Assembly (NCBI GenBank): GCA_001805965.1
Contig: MHHG01000032.1
Span: 1-56,189, forward strand
Direction: 5' to 3'
DNA: 56,189 bases
Source: Omnitrophica WOR_2 bacterium RIFOXYA2_FULL_38_17
GTDB taxonomy: Bacteria; Omnitrophota; Gorgyraeia; Zapsychrales; Zapsychraceae
Shown here piece after piece: positions 38,913-48,455 of the stretch. A program made the position numbers and the translations under genes. Numbering within the stretch: position 1 is the stretch's first letter; every line of letters starts with the position of its first letter. The notes beneath the pieces were generated by a model. It was given only the letters and a program-made list of their open reading frames with translations, did not search any database and was not told the origin of the DNA.

Positions 38913-39524
38913 TTATTTAATTGTCGAACTTTCTGTTTTTTCAGATGCACCAGAAACCAATCCTGCTTCAGAACTACTACCTTTTTCAAGCTTACCAGTG
39001 GGCGTTAAGTTCTTCCCTCTCCATTGATTAACAACAATGACATTCTCAAAAGTAAGCTTTATGTTCCCATAATAATAAATAGATAACTCACCATCTCTAT
39101 CAGTTTCGATATATTCCGTTGGAGCTCCGTAGTCCTTCATAATAGACAATAAAGTAACATAATCCCCAACTATCTCTCCTTTTGAAAGAGCTGCCCTTAA
39201 ATCATCAATATTTTGGTTGTAAGCAGGCTTCTTAAAAGAATCAAGTTCCCAGTTTCTTAAATATTTAAACTTGTCAAAATCAATTTTTATATTGGTATAT
39301 TCATAAGTAAGTCTTTTATCAGTATCTGTAATTGACGCTGCCTCGCCATAATTCCGGCTGATCTCCTTAAGGCGTGTACTTCCAACTTTTATCTTGCCTT
39401 CAAGAACATCGACTTTTAGCCTGGCTACATCTTCTGATGTTGCCAAAACACCCTGTAAAGCTTGCGATGTAGAGACAAAACCCAATAAAAGAGCAACTAC
39501 TAGGAAAAATTTTAGAGATCTCAT
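38913..39524 (-). CDS. Secreted hypothetical protein with a two-unit internal repeat
   Basis: Signal peptide ending SQA; two similar units of about 65 aa. Confidence 0.7.
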   Translation of the reverse strand: MRSLKFFLVVALLLGFVSTSQALQGVLATSEDVARLKVDVLEGKIKVGSTRLKEISRNYGEAASITDTDKRLTYEYTNIKIDFDKFKYLRNWELDSFKKPAYNQNIDDLRAALSKGEIVGDYVTLLSIMKDYGAPTEYIETDRDGELSIYYYGNIKLTFENVIVVNQWRGKNLTPTGKLEKGSSSEAGLVSGASEKTESSTIK

Positions 39525-39635
39525 TAAAACCTGCCTTTCGCTAGAATACATAGCTAATTATTCTTAATATTAAACAAAAACATTATATCACAATTAAAAA
39601 TAGCGAAACTAAAAAAAGAAAAAAAATCAATCAGC

Positions 39636-41354
39636 TTAACCTTTGAGATTTAATTCTTGTTTTACCATTTCAACCAAAGGCCTGATAGTATTTTCAGAAA
39701 AATCAAATTTTATGCCAGCAGTCTCAAAAAGTTCAGGCAATGGCCGAGATCCACCCAAAGACAATCCCTTTTTGTATCCATCAATAGCTGCATATGGCTC
39801 CTGCTTATATCTTTTCCACAATTGTAATGCCCCAAGCTGAGCAATACCATATTCAATGTAATAAAATGGCACTTCAAATATATGTAGCTGTGCATGCCAC
39901 ATGTTTATATGTTGTTCATCAAGACCACTCCAATCAATCAAATCACAGCCAAAACGCTTTCTAAAACATATCCATGCTTTTTCTCTTTCTGCAACAGTAT
40001 GCCCGGGATTTTCGTATATCCAATGCTGAAAAAGATCGATCAAAGCCACCCAAACCAAAGTTACGATCACATCCTCAAGATGCCTTTTATTTGAGCGAAC
40101 GACATCTTCTTCAGAATAAAACTCTGATAAGTGACCATAAGCTATAAGCTCCATGCTCATTGATGCCACTTCACAAAACTCCATTGGCGCATGCCTATAA
40201 TCGATAATTGCTTCATCCGCACTTAGCATTGAATGAAATGCGTGTCCTCCTTCATGTAAGAGAGTACGGACATCCTGATCAATTCCAACTGCATTCATAA
40301 ATATAAAAGGCCTTCTAGCCTCATCTAAAGTAGACATAAAACCCCCTGGGGCTTTACCCTTACGGCTTTCCAGATCCAAAAGACCTTGTTCGTTCATACT
40401 TATAAATTTCTGGCCAAGGTCAGGATCAATAGCTCTAAAAATACTCTCACATCCTTTTGGCAATTTTTCAATTTCATTAAAAGGTTTCAATGCGTCTTTT
40501 CCGTTTGGGTCCACTGATGTATCCCAAGGCCTCAATTTTAACAACCCCATCTGCTGTCTTCTTTGAGCATAAATTTGGGCAAGTATAGGCACAACATGTT
40601 CTTCGATCACATGATGAAACTTTTTACAATCTTCCGGAACATAATCAAACCTATGCAGCTCCTTGAACCTAAAATCGCAATACCCGTCAAATCCTGCATT
40701 CAAAGCGATCTCTTTTCGCAAAGCTATCATCTCTTCAAATAATTCATTTAGAGCATCTTTGTCATTCAGCCTTCTTTTAGACAATGCCCTCCAAGCAGCT
40801 TCTCTTAAAACCCTGTCAGGCTCTCTTAAATACTTTGCCATTTGGGGAAGCGTCCTCTCGGCGCCCTCGAACTCCACCATCATTGCGCCGATGATTGTTT
40901 GATACTTTTGAGACAGTAACTCAAGTTTTGTTTCCAAAGCAACATTCTCTTTAACAAAGATCTCTTGGTCTGCCCTTATATTCCTAAAATAAACTTTATA
41001 TCTCTCTTGATCCACATCATGCCTTTGGGCCAATTCTAATATCTTTTTATTTAAAACATCTTCTAATGTTTTGATGTTAGGAACAATATTTTCAATAAAA
41101 TCCTTATACTTTTTAGAACACACCTCATCATCAGTCTGACAGGCCATGTTAATATACAGTATCGCACCCTTTTGACTTAACGCAGCAGCTAGCTCAGAAT
41201 ACTTTAGCAGCCATTTTTCAAAATCATCAGTTGAGCATACCTGCTCATCAATTAATTTCCGATAATAAGAAACCACTGTTTCTGTATCTACAAGGTCAGC
41301 ATCCTGCCCAACAAATGCCCGCGGTTTGTAAGAGCTAATTTTATCAAAATTCAT
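39636..41354 (-). CDS. M3-family oligoendopeptidase (PepF-like)
   Basis: RKGKAPGG, PFIFMN, HEGGHAFH, EVASMSME, PFYYIEY. Confidence 0.95.
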   Translation of the reverse strand: MNFDKISSYKPRAFVGQDADLVDTETVVSYYRKLIDEQVCSTDDFEKWLLKYSELAAALSQKGAILYINMACQTDDEVCSKKYKDFIENIVPNIKTLEDVLNKKILELAQRHDVDQERYKVYFRNIRADQEIFVKENVALETKLELLSQKYQTIIGAMMVEFEGAERTLPQMAKYLREPDRVLREAAWRALSKRRLNDKDALNELFEEMIALRKEIALNAGFDGYCDFRFKELHRFDYVPEDCKKFHHVIEEHVVPILAQIYAQRRQQMGLLKLRPWDTSVDPNGKDALKPFNEIEKLPKGCESIFRAIDPDLGQKFISMNEQGLLDLESRKGKAPGGFMSTLDEARRPFIFMNAVGIDQDVRTLLHEGGHAFHSMLSADEAIIDYRHAPMEFCEVASMSMELIAYGHLSEFYSEEDVVRSNKRHLEDVIVTLVWVALIDLFQHWIYENPGHTVAEREKAWICFRKRFGCDLIDWSGLDEQHINMWHAQLHIFEVPFYYIEYGIAQLGALQLWKRYKQEPYAAIDGYKKGLSLGGSRPLPELFETAGIKFDFSENTIRPLVEMVKQELNLKG

Positions 41355-41492
41355 ATATGTCCCCTAAAATTCATTAAGATGCATAAAACTTTATAAGTTT
41401 TGCACACTATTTTTATTAATTCTACTATGTTAATATCATTTTTGAAGAGAAATATTAAAAAAGCTGAATATCAATACTTATATTTTTTTGGG

Positions 41493-41520
41493 TTGACAAA
41501 TTAAGTTTTTTAAGTATACT
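41493..41520 (+). promoter_or_regulatory. Sigma70 promoter of rpmB
   Basis: TTGACA, 16 nt, TATACT. Confidence 0.7.
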
Positions 41521-41580
41521 TTAAATCTCAAATCTATTTAATTTGAGCTTGAAATTTAATTTTATTTAGAGGTAAATATA

Positions 41581-41808
41581 ATGTCAAAAATTTGTGGTAT
41601 CTGCGGCAAGGGATCTATTCCCGGCAATAAATATAAAAGACGAGGTCTTGTCAGAAGAAAAGGTGGTGCCGGTTCAAAGATCACTGGTAAAACATTAAGA
41701 AGATTTCTGCCCAATCTTCAGAAAATCAAGATTATTATAAGCGGCACTGTAAGGCGTACAAATGTCTGCACCTGCTGCATACAAAAAGGCAGCATCGTAA
41801 AAGCCTAA
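41581..41808 (+). CDS. rpmB: 50S ribosomal protein L28
   Basis: MSKICGICGK...RRFLPNLQ...VCTCCI; long RRG..KGG.G.KITG insert; zinc-binding form. Confidence 0.95.
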   Translation: MSKICGICGKGSIPGNKYKRRGLVRRKGGAGSKITGKTLRRFLPNLQKIKIIISGTVRRTNVCTCCIQKGSIVKA

Positions 41809-41830
41809 TAATACGCGAAAAATATGATGC

Positions 41831-41871
41831 ATAAAAAAGAACCAATTATTATTTAATTGGTTCTTTTTTAT
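41831..41871. terminator. Bidirectional terminator between rpmB and recJ
   Basis: Perfect inverted repeat ATAAAAAAGAACCAATTA-ttatt-TAATTGGTTCTTTTTTAT. Confidence 0.85.
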
Positions 41872-41882
41872 TTGTTTAATAT

Positions 41883-43565
41883 TTACGCTGATTTAATATC
41901 TTTTAAAATCAATTGAATTGTAGGGGCCTTGTTCCAATCATCAATTGATATCTGATAAGCAAGATCTACCCTGTTACCAATCTGTACAATATCTTTAAAT
42001 TTAGACATACCAAAGCCAACTGCTGAAACAGCCACGCTTCCATCAGTTACCCAGAACTTCAAAGTCTCTTTTGCCAAGATTTGAGGGTTGCTCTTAACTA
42101 TCAAATTTCTGCTGCAGAACAAAGGAACTTCATTGCCCTCGCCAAATGGCTCAAGAGTTTGTATCTTTTCCGCAAGGCTTAAGTTCAGATCTGCCAGTTC
42201 AATCTCGCCGTCAATAAATAATGTCGGAGTCAGTTTCTTAATCTCTAAAACCTTATCCGCAACTTCGTTGATCAATGCTCTGAAGCTGTCTATATTATCT
42301 TCCATGATCGTCAAACCAACTGCTCCTTCATGTCCGCCAAAATCTTCAAGACATGAAGAACAATTATCCAGTGCATTATAAAGATGAAATCCTTCAATGG
42401 ATCTTCCTGATGCAGTGCCTACTCCCCCTTCAACTGAAATTACAATTGTAGGCTTGTAATATTTATCTGAGATCTTTGATGCAACAATACCTAAAACTCC
42501 TTTATGCCAGCCTTCTTTACTTAAAACAATAACCTTATGACTTAAAAATTCCTCTTGGGATTCAATAATATCAAAAGCTTCGGCAACAATGTCTTTTTGC
42601 ATTTTTTGACGATCTAAATTGTGCCTATCAAGATCTCTTGCATAAGAAAGCGCACTTTTCTCATCTTCACTTAAAAAAAGATTTAATGATGTATGAGCAG
42701 AGTCCATTCTTCCTGCAGCATTTATCCTTGGGCCTAATACAAAACCTACATGGTATGGGCTAATCTTCTTACCGTTGATCTTGGATATTTCAATAAGCGC
42801 CTTTAACCCTTTATTAGTTGTATTTGCTATCTGCGGCAATCCCCTCTTCACAAATATTCTGTTCTCATCAACTAAAGGGACAACATCTGCAACAGTCCCG
42901 ATAGCGGTCAAATCAAGTACTTCACCGCTTATTTCACCCGTCAATGCTTGCGCTAACTTTGCAACAAGCCCAACTGCAGCTAAATCTCTAAAAGGATAAG
43001 CACATTCTTCCTGTTTTGGGTCAATTACTGCATAAGCATCAGGCCGCCTGCCGCCGCTGGGTTCGTGATGATCAATGATAATTATTTCTAATCCCATTTT
43101 ATTTAATTCATCTACCTCATCAAATGCAGTGATACCACAATCAACCGTAATAATAAGATTAACACCGTCCTCAAGAGCCTGCTCTCCGATATCATGGCTC
43201 AAACCATAACCATCATCCATCCTGTGAGGAATATGATTACTGACAGTTATCCCCATCTTTTTAAGAATATTGTGCAGTATCGCAGATGATGTCACCCCAT
43301 CAACATCGTAATCACCATAGATCAAAACCTTGTCATTTTGCTCTTTAGCAAGCATTATCCTATCAACAGCCTTTTTCATATCCTTTAAAAGAAAAGGGTC
43401 ATGAAGGTCCTTCATCTCAGCAGATATAAAATGCTCTGCCTTTTCAGTATCTTCAATGCCCCTATTAACAAGGATCTGAGAAATAATTGCAGGAACATTA
43501 AGTTCACGGCTTAATTTTTCCTGTACTGCCCGGCTTGTTTCTCTAATTATCCAATTCTTAGACAT
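41883..43565 (-). CDS. recJ: ssDNA-specific exonuclease
   Basis: YGDYDVDG, ITVDCG, IDHH, GTVADVVPL, PRINAAGR, GGH. Confidence 0.97.
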   Translation of the reverse strand: MSKNWIIRETSRAVQEKLSRELNVPAIISQILVNRGIEDTEKAEHFISAEMKDLHDPFLLKDMKKAVDRIMLAKEQNDKVLIYGDYDVDGVTSSAILHNILKKMGITVSNHIPHRMDDGYGLSHDIGEQALEDGVNLIITVDCGITAFDEVDELNKMGLEIIIIDHHEPSGGRRPDAYAVIDPKQEECAYPFRDLAAVGLVAKLAQALTGEISGEVLDLTAIGTVADVVPLVDENRIFVKRGLPQIANTTNKGLKALIEISKINGKKISPYHVGFVLGPRINAAGRMDSAHTSLNLFLSEDEKSALSYARDLDRHNLDRQKMQKDIVAEAFDIIESQEEFLSHKVIVLSKEGWHKGVLGIVASKISDKYYKPTIVISVEGGVGTASGRSIEGFHLYNALDNCSSCLEDFGGHEGAVGLTIMEDNIDSFRALINEVADKVLEIKKLTPTLFIDGEIELADLNLSLAEKIQTLEPFGEGNEVPLFCSRNLIVKSNPQILAKETLKFWVTDGSVAVSAVGFGMSKFKDIVQIGNRVDLAYQISIDDWNKAPTIQLILKDIKSA

Positions 43566-43644
43566 ATCAATTTGTTTTTAAATTAACGGGAACAGTGCTG
43601 CAATCATGTCTCCCGAGATCTTATACTTGAGGTTTTTAAAAACA

Positions 43645-45327
43645 CTACATCTTTAAAGGCGCACTGACACCCAACAGATCAAGGCCATCACCTAAAACGA
43701 TCCTTGCAGCGTTTATTAAGGCAAGTCTTTGTGAGGAAAGTTCCACATTCTCATGATCAACTACCCGATGACAATCATAAAATTTATGAAATAATGTAGC
43801 TAACTCCTGCAAATAACTGACCAAAGGGTACGGATCAAGCTGCTCGTAGCAGAATACCAGCGTATCGTTGAAGCCACCCAACTTCTTGATCAGCTCAAAT
43901 TCTTCATTCTCTTTCAGCAATGAAAAATCAGAAGAATTAACTTTGATACCTAGATTATAAGCTTTTTCATTGATACTAAAAACACGCGCATGTGCATATT
44001 GAATATAATAAACAGGGTTTTCCGCTGATTGTTTCTTGGCAAGCTCAAGATCAAATTCCAAATGCATCTTAATATGGCGCATCAAAAAGAAAAACCTGGC
44101 GGCATCAACACCAACCTCATCCATTACCTCACGCAGACTGATGTACTGGCCCTTTCTTGTGGACATAGAAACAACTTCACCATTTCTGTAAATGGTAGCA
44201 AGCTGTACTATCAAAACGTCCAAAGCACTTTCATCCTTACCCAAAGCCTGTACTGCCGCTTTGATTCGTGGGATATATCCATGATGGTCAGGCCCCCAAA
44301 TATTGATCAGGCCATCAAACCCCCTATCAAATTTATTTTTGTGATACACAATATCCGGAGCCAAATAAGTAAAATTCCCGTCGCTCTTCTTAACGACCCT
44401 GTCCTTATCATCGCCAAATGCAGTAGATTTGAACCAAAGGGCGCCATCCTTCTCATAAACAAAATCTTTTTTCCTTAGATGCTCAATAATTACAGAAGTA
44501 AGGTCTTTTGTAGCCACTTTAGATTCGTATGACCATATATCAAAATTAACACCAAAATCGCTCAGCTCAGCTCTGATAACATCAAGCAAATATTTAACAC
44601 CAAACTCTCTTACCTTGTCAGCCCACAGCGCATCCTGATTGACCTGTTCGACAGATCCCACATTATTATCTTTCAAGAACAGTTCGGCCATATCTTTTAT
44701 ATATTCACCCTGATAACATTCTTCAGGAAATTCAACTGTTTCTCCTAAGTGCTCCAACGCGCGCAATTCTATCGATTTACCCAAAATATTGATCTGATTT
44801 CCGCCGTCATTAACGTAATATTCTTTAGCGACGTCAAATCCGATCGCTTTTAAAATATTTCCCAAGACATCACCTACGACAGCCTGTCTTGCATGAGCAA
44901 CACTCAATGGGCCAGTAGGATTTGCGCTAACAAATTCAATTTGAATTTTCTTGCCCTTGCCATAATCAGACTTGCCATAGTCGGCATCTTTTTCAAAGAT
45001 CTCTTTAAGTATCAAATACAACGCATCAGATGAGACATAGAAATTAATAAAACCCGGGGCCTTAACTTCAACATTATGGATAAGGTGAGCAATATCACTT
45101 TTTGAGATCGCATCCTTGATACATGAAATGAAATCATCTGCAATCGCGACGGGAGACTTCCTTAGGACCTTGGAAGATTTCATAGCAACATTACATGAAA
45201 AGTCACCATGTTTCTTATCCGCCGGCACCTGCAGCTCTATGGCAGGAACGTCAGCCTCGCTAGAAAACTGAGATTTTAAAGCTAAAGCTAACAGCCCCTG
45301 CAAATTGTTCTTTAGGTCATTTAACAT
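43645..45327 (-). CDS. argS: Arginine--tRNA ligase
   Basis: PGFINF, EFVSANPTGPL, EYYVND.G.Q, WGPDHHGY, MSTRKG, YIQYAHAR. Confidence 0.97.
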   Translation of the reverse strand: MLNDLKNNLQGLLALALKSQFSSEADVPAIELQVPADKKHGDFSCNVAMKSSKVLRKSPVAIADDFISCIKDAISKSDIAHLIHNVEVKAPGFINFYVSSDALYLILKEIFEKDADYGKSDYGKGKKIQIEFVSANPTGPLSVAHARQAVVGDVLGNILKAIGFDVAKEYYVNDGGNQINILGKSIELRALEHLGETVEFPEECYQGEYIKDMAELFLKDNNVGSVEQVNQDALWADKVREFGVKYLLDVIRAELSDFGVNFDIWSYESKVATKDLTSVIIEHLRKKDFVYEKDGALWFKSTAFGDDKDRVVKKSDGNFTYLAPDIVYHKNKFDRGFDGLINIWGPDHHGYIPRIKAAVQALGKDESALDVLIVQLATIYRNGEVVSMSTRKGQYISLREVMDEVGVDAARFFFLMRHIKMHLEFDLELAKKQSAENPVYYIQYAHARVFSINEKAYNLGIKVNSSDFSLLKENEEFELIKKLGGFNDTLVFCYEQLDPYPLVSYLQELATLFHKFYDCHRVVDHENVELSSQRLALINAARIVLGDGLDLLGVSAPLKM

Positions 45328-45447
45328 AAAAAATATTTATTTCTTACTATAAAAGAATTTGGGACAGAGAACATTTAAATTGAAACAAGCAATATGCTGT
45401 CTTTTAATCTAAATGTCATCTGCCCCATTATTATTCTTCTAAAGCTA

Positions 45448-45804
45448 TTAATCTAATTCAATTCTCTTTGCTTCTTGCCACAAATGGTCTAATGCATAAA
45501 ACTTTCTAGATTGCTTTTGAAAAACATGAGTAACAACATCTCCAACATCAAAAACGACCCAATCTGATTTCTTAACACCCTGCTTCAGCTTTGTTTTAAT
45601 TCCAAGCTCATACAAGCCATCTTCAATGTTGTCTGCAATGCCTCCGACATGACGGTCAGTTGTGCCAGAGCAAATTACAAAATAATCGCAGAAATTAACA
45701 ACACCTTTCATTTCTAGGATAACAATGTCTTCAGCTTTCTTATCAGATGCTAATCCTGCAATAATTTTAGATAATTTTTTAGATGTAAGTGATGATTCCC
45801 TAAT
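45448..45804 (-). CDS. rsfS: Ribosome silencing factor RsfS; start probably ATT at 45804
   Basis: The frame extends upstream of the track start (45711) through LASDKKAEDIVILEMKG; DYFVICSG, WVVFDVGDVVTHVF, FYALDHLW. Confidence 0.9.
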   Translation of the reverse strand: MRESSLTSKKLSKIIAGLASDKKAEDIVILEMKGVVNFCDYFVICSGTTDRHVGGIADNIEDGLYELGIKTKLKQGVKKSDWVVFDVGDVVTHVFQKQSRKFYALDHLWQEAKRIELD

Positions 45805-46004
45805 CTTGACTCGCCTTTCAAAACAACGGTATGTTCCACTAATACTAAGAATAAAATAACATCCTAATATTTTTCAGTACAGTGCATCCATTTAACCGTT
45901 TAGCTTAAAACTGGAAGATTCCAAAAGAACTCCGCAATTGCTTATAAACTTCTTTTTGCTGCACAGGAAAAGTATATGCTTTCCTTTACTGCTACTACGT
46001 GAAT

Positions 46005-46175
46005 TTATTTTTTCATCTTTTCTGCTTGGGCTTTACTCAGAACTCTCCAACATTCATGTGTACCCGCAGGAGACTTAGTTACTGCAAAGAAACGTCCGTT
46101 TTTTTCTCTGACTTCATATTTACTTGAATTGAATTTTGATTTGGATTTTACATCGTAGAATGATAAATCTTCCAT
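46005..46175 (-). CDS. Small basic 56-aa protein, CC1-like putative DNA-binding protein (not in ORF track)
   Basis: MEDLSFYDVKSKSKFNSSKYEVREKNGRFFAVTKSPAGTHECWRVLSKAQAEKMKK*; AGGAGG RBS 7 nt upstream; own promoter. Confidence 0.85.
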   Translation of the reverse strand: MEDLSFYDVKSKSKFNSSKYEVREKNGRFFAVTKSPAGTHECWRVLSKAQAEKMKK

Positions 46176-46217
46176 TTATATGCCTCCTGTGGTGAATTAA
46201 GTTGAAATATTGTTAGG

Positions 46218-46246
46218 ATTCTAGCTGATAATAATATGCTTGTCAA
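46218..46246 (-). promoter_or_regulatory. Sigma70 promoter of the 56-aa gene
   Basis: TTGACA (46246-46241), 17 nt, TAGAAT (46223-46218). Confidence 0.75.
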
Positions 46247-46374
46247 TCATAAAAACATTCGTTATAGCCTCGAATATTTTTTTCTACCACACAGAAAATC
46301 ATTTAATTTCCCATACTGGATCAAAACCATAAAATTATGTATTTTCATGTTTATAATAAAAATATTTAGCTTGG

Positions 46375-47646
46375 CTATGCTGTTTTCATGAGGCGGGATA
46401 TGATGCTTCTCTGCTTATCCGTAACCGGGCCAACAACGGCAAGCCTAAAACATTCCTGCTTTAATACTTGTTTTGCTACCCGTTTTAGATCTTCTTTTTC
46501 AATGCTCTCGAATTCATTAATAACACTTTTAAGGGTCTTTGTCTTGTTCCTAGCGATCAAGCCTTCTCCTATCCAAAGCATATGCTCCATTGTATCTTCC
46601 ATCCCTAAAAGAAGCTGCCCCAAGAGATAATCCTTAGCCCTGACAAATTCGCCTTGAGTAACTCCGTTCTTCACAACTTTCTCTAACTCTCTTAGGATCA
46701 CAGACAATGCCTCTTCAATTTTAGTATTATCCACGCCTGCCCTTACCAAAAATACTCCTGAATCGTGAAGTGTCCTTGAACTACACCCGATCGAATAAGC
46801 TAATCCTCTCTTCTCTCTTACCTCATTAAACAATCTGCTGGACATATTTCCACCTAAAACCACGCTAAGAAGCGCCAGCGGATATTTATCCTTATTGCCC
46901 TCATCATAACCAATCGCACCTAAAGCTACATGCATCTGCTCAATATCCTTTTTAAAAAACACTACGCTAGACCCAAGCTTAGAAGGACCAACTTTGACGA
47001 AACTGCTCTTTTCACCCAAGCATACAGATGACAATTTTTTATGTGCTAAATTAACTATATTGCTATGTTTTAGATCACCACATGCTGAGACAACAATGTT
47101 CTTTGTTGTGTAATAATCTTCATGAAATTTCTTGATCATTCGGCTGTTCATGGCAGAAACACTTTCAGGAGTGCCCGCAAGGCTTTTTCCTAAAGGATGA
47201 TCCGGCCACAAAAGGCTATCCAATATCTCAAGCACTCTGTATTGAGGAAGGTCCTGATACATTTTAATCTCTTCTAAAATAACAGTCTTTTCTTTTTGCA
47301 CATCTTTTGATGAGATCTTTGGATGGAAGACCATATCAGCAAGAATATCAAATGTCCTTTCTAAATGAATAGCCGGTATCTTTGCATAATAGCATGTCTG
47401 CTCTTCAGAAGTAAAAGCATTCAATGCCCCTCCAACCCCTTCAATCATCTCTTTGATCTGATTGCATGAATATTTCTTGCTGCCCTTAAAAAGCATGTGC
47501 TCAAGATAATGCGCAGCGCCTTTTAGCTGATCGCTTTCGTAACGCCCTCCTACCCCAACCCACAAACCTATGGCAATACTATCACGCTGCTTCATATCGT
47601 GCGTTACAATCCTAATACCATTTTTTAATTTATCGCATTTGTACAT
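46375..47646 (-). CDS. M16-family zinc peptidase
   Basis: HYLEH (HxxEH), NAFTS, SSRLFNEVREKRGLAYS. Confidence 0.95.
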   Translation of the reverse strand: MYKCDKLKNGIRIVTHDMKQRDSIAIGLWVGVGGRYESDQLKGAAHYLEHMLFKGSKKYSCNQIKEMIEGVGGALNAFTSEEQTCYYAKIPAIHLERTFDILADMVFHPKISSKDVQKEKTVILEEIKMYQDLPQYRVLEILDSLLWPDHPLGKSLAGTPESVSAMNSRMIKKFHEDYYTTKNIVVSACGDLKHSNIVNLAHKKLSSVCLGEKSSFVKVGPSKLGSSVVFFKKDIEQMHVALGAIGYDEGNKDKYPLALLSVVLGGNMSSRLFNEVREKRGLAYSIGCSSRTLHDSGVFLVRAGVDNTKIEEALSVILRELEKVVKNGVTQGEFVRAKDYLLGQLLLGMEDTMEHMLWIGEGLIARNKTKTLKSVINEFESIEKEDLKRVAKQVLKQECFRLAVVGPVTDKQRSIISRLMKTA

Positions 47647-47664
47647 GTTGTTTGTTGTATTAAG

Positions 47665-48453
47665 CTACCTAGCCAGCTTTGAAACGAAGATCGATACTTT
47701 CTTTACAATATCTTTTTTGCCTACGTTCTTGTTTATCTCATTAACGATCGCGCTTCCTACTATTACTCCATCTGCGATCTTTGACATTGCCTTTACCTGT
47801 TCTGCGTTTGATATGCCGAATCCGACACAAATAGGTTTCTTAGAGACCTTTCTTGCCGACTTAATGTGTCCGGCAATATCAGAAGGCAGAGACTTTCTTT
47901 CACCCGTAACCCCTGTAAGTGAAACGTAATAAATAAACCCAGTTGCGGCTTTTACGACTTCCTTCATTCTTTTCTCTGTTGTTGTCGGGGTCAAGAACAT
48001 AATTGTAGCAACATCATGCTTCCTTGCAGATTCGATCAATACTTTTGCTTCTTGATACGGAAGATCAGGGATTATCAAACCATCAACACCGCATTTTTTT
48101 ACATCTTCAACAAATTTCTTTTCGCCATAATGAAAAACAGGATTGTAGTAAGTCATTAAACAAATTGGAATGTCTGTCTTAACACGGATATTCTTTACTG
48201 TATTCAATATTTTCTTTAAGGTAACACCTTTTGCCAGGGCTCTCCGTGAAGCAGCCTGAATTGTAGGTCCATCAGCTAATGGATCAGAAAAAGGAACACC
48301 AAGCTCAACAATGTCCACATTAACTCCCTCAAATGAACATACCAATTCCTCAGTCACCTTTAAATTTGGATCACCCGCAGTAATAAAGGCAATGAACGCC
48401 TTTTTCTTCAACGTTTTAAGTTCTTCAAATTTTTTATCTATTCTGTTCTGCAT
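47665..48453 (-). CDS. trpA: Tryptophan synthase alpha subunit
   Basis: ELGVPFSDPLADGPTIQ, YVSLTGVTG, VGFGIS, DGVIVGSA. Confidence 0.98.
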   Translation of the reverse strand: MQNRIDKKFEELKTLKKKAFIAFITAGDPNLKVTEELVCSFEGVNVDIVELGVPFSDPLADGPTIQAASRRALAKGVTLKKILNTVKNIRVKTDIPICLMTYYNPVFHYGEKKFVEDVKKCGVDGLIIPDLPYQEAKVLIESARKHDVATIMFLTPTTTEKRMKEVVKAATGFIYYVSLTGVTGERKSLPSDIAGHIKSARKVSKKPICVGFGISNAEQVKAMSKIADGVIVGSAIVNEINKNVGKKDIVKKVSIFVSKLAR

Positions 48454-48455
48454 AA

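Noticed and set aside
46264-46378. Loose terminal inverted repeats (ATAGCC...GGCTAT, AATATTTTT...AAAAATATT) suggesting a MITE
   Set aside because: Short, AT-rich, single copy, no target-site duplication, and the right end overlaps a stop codon.
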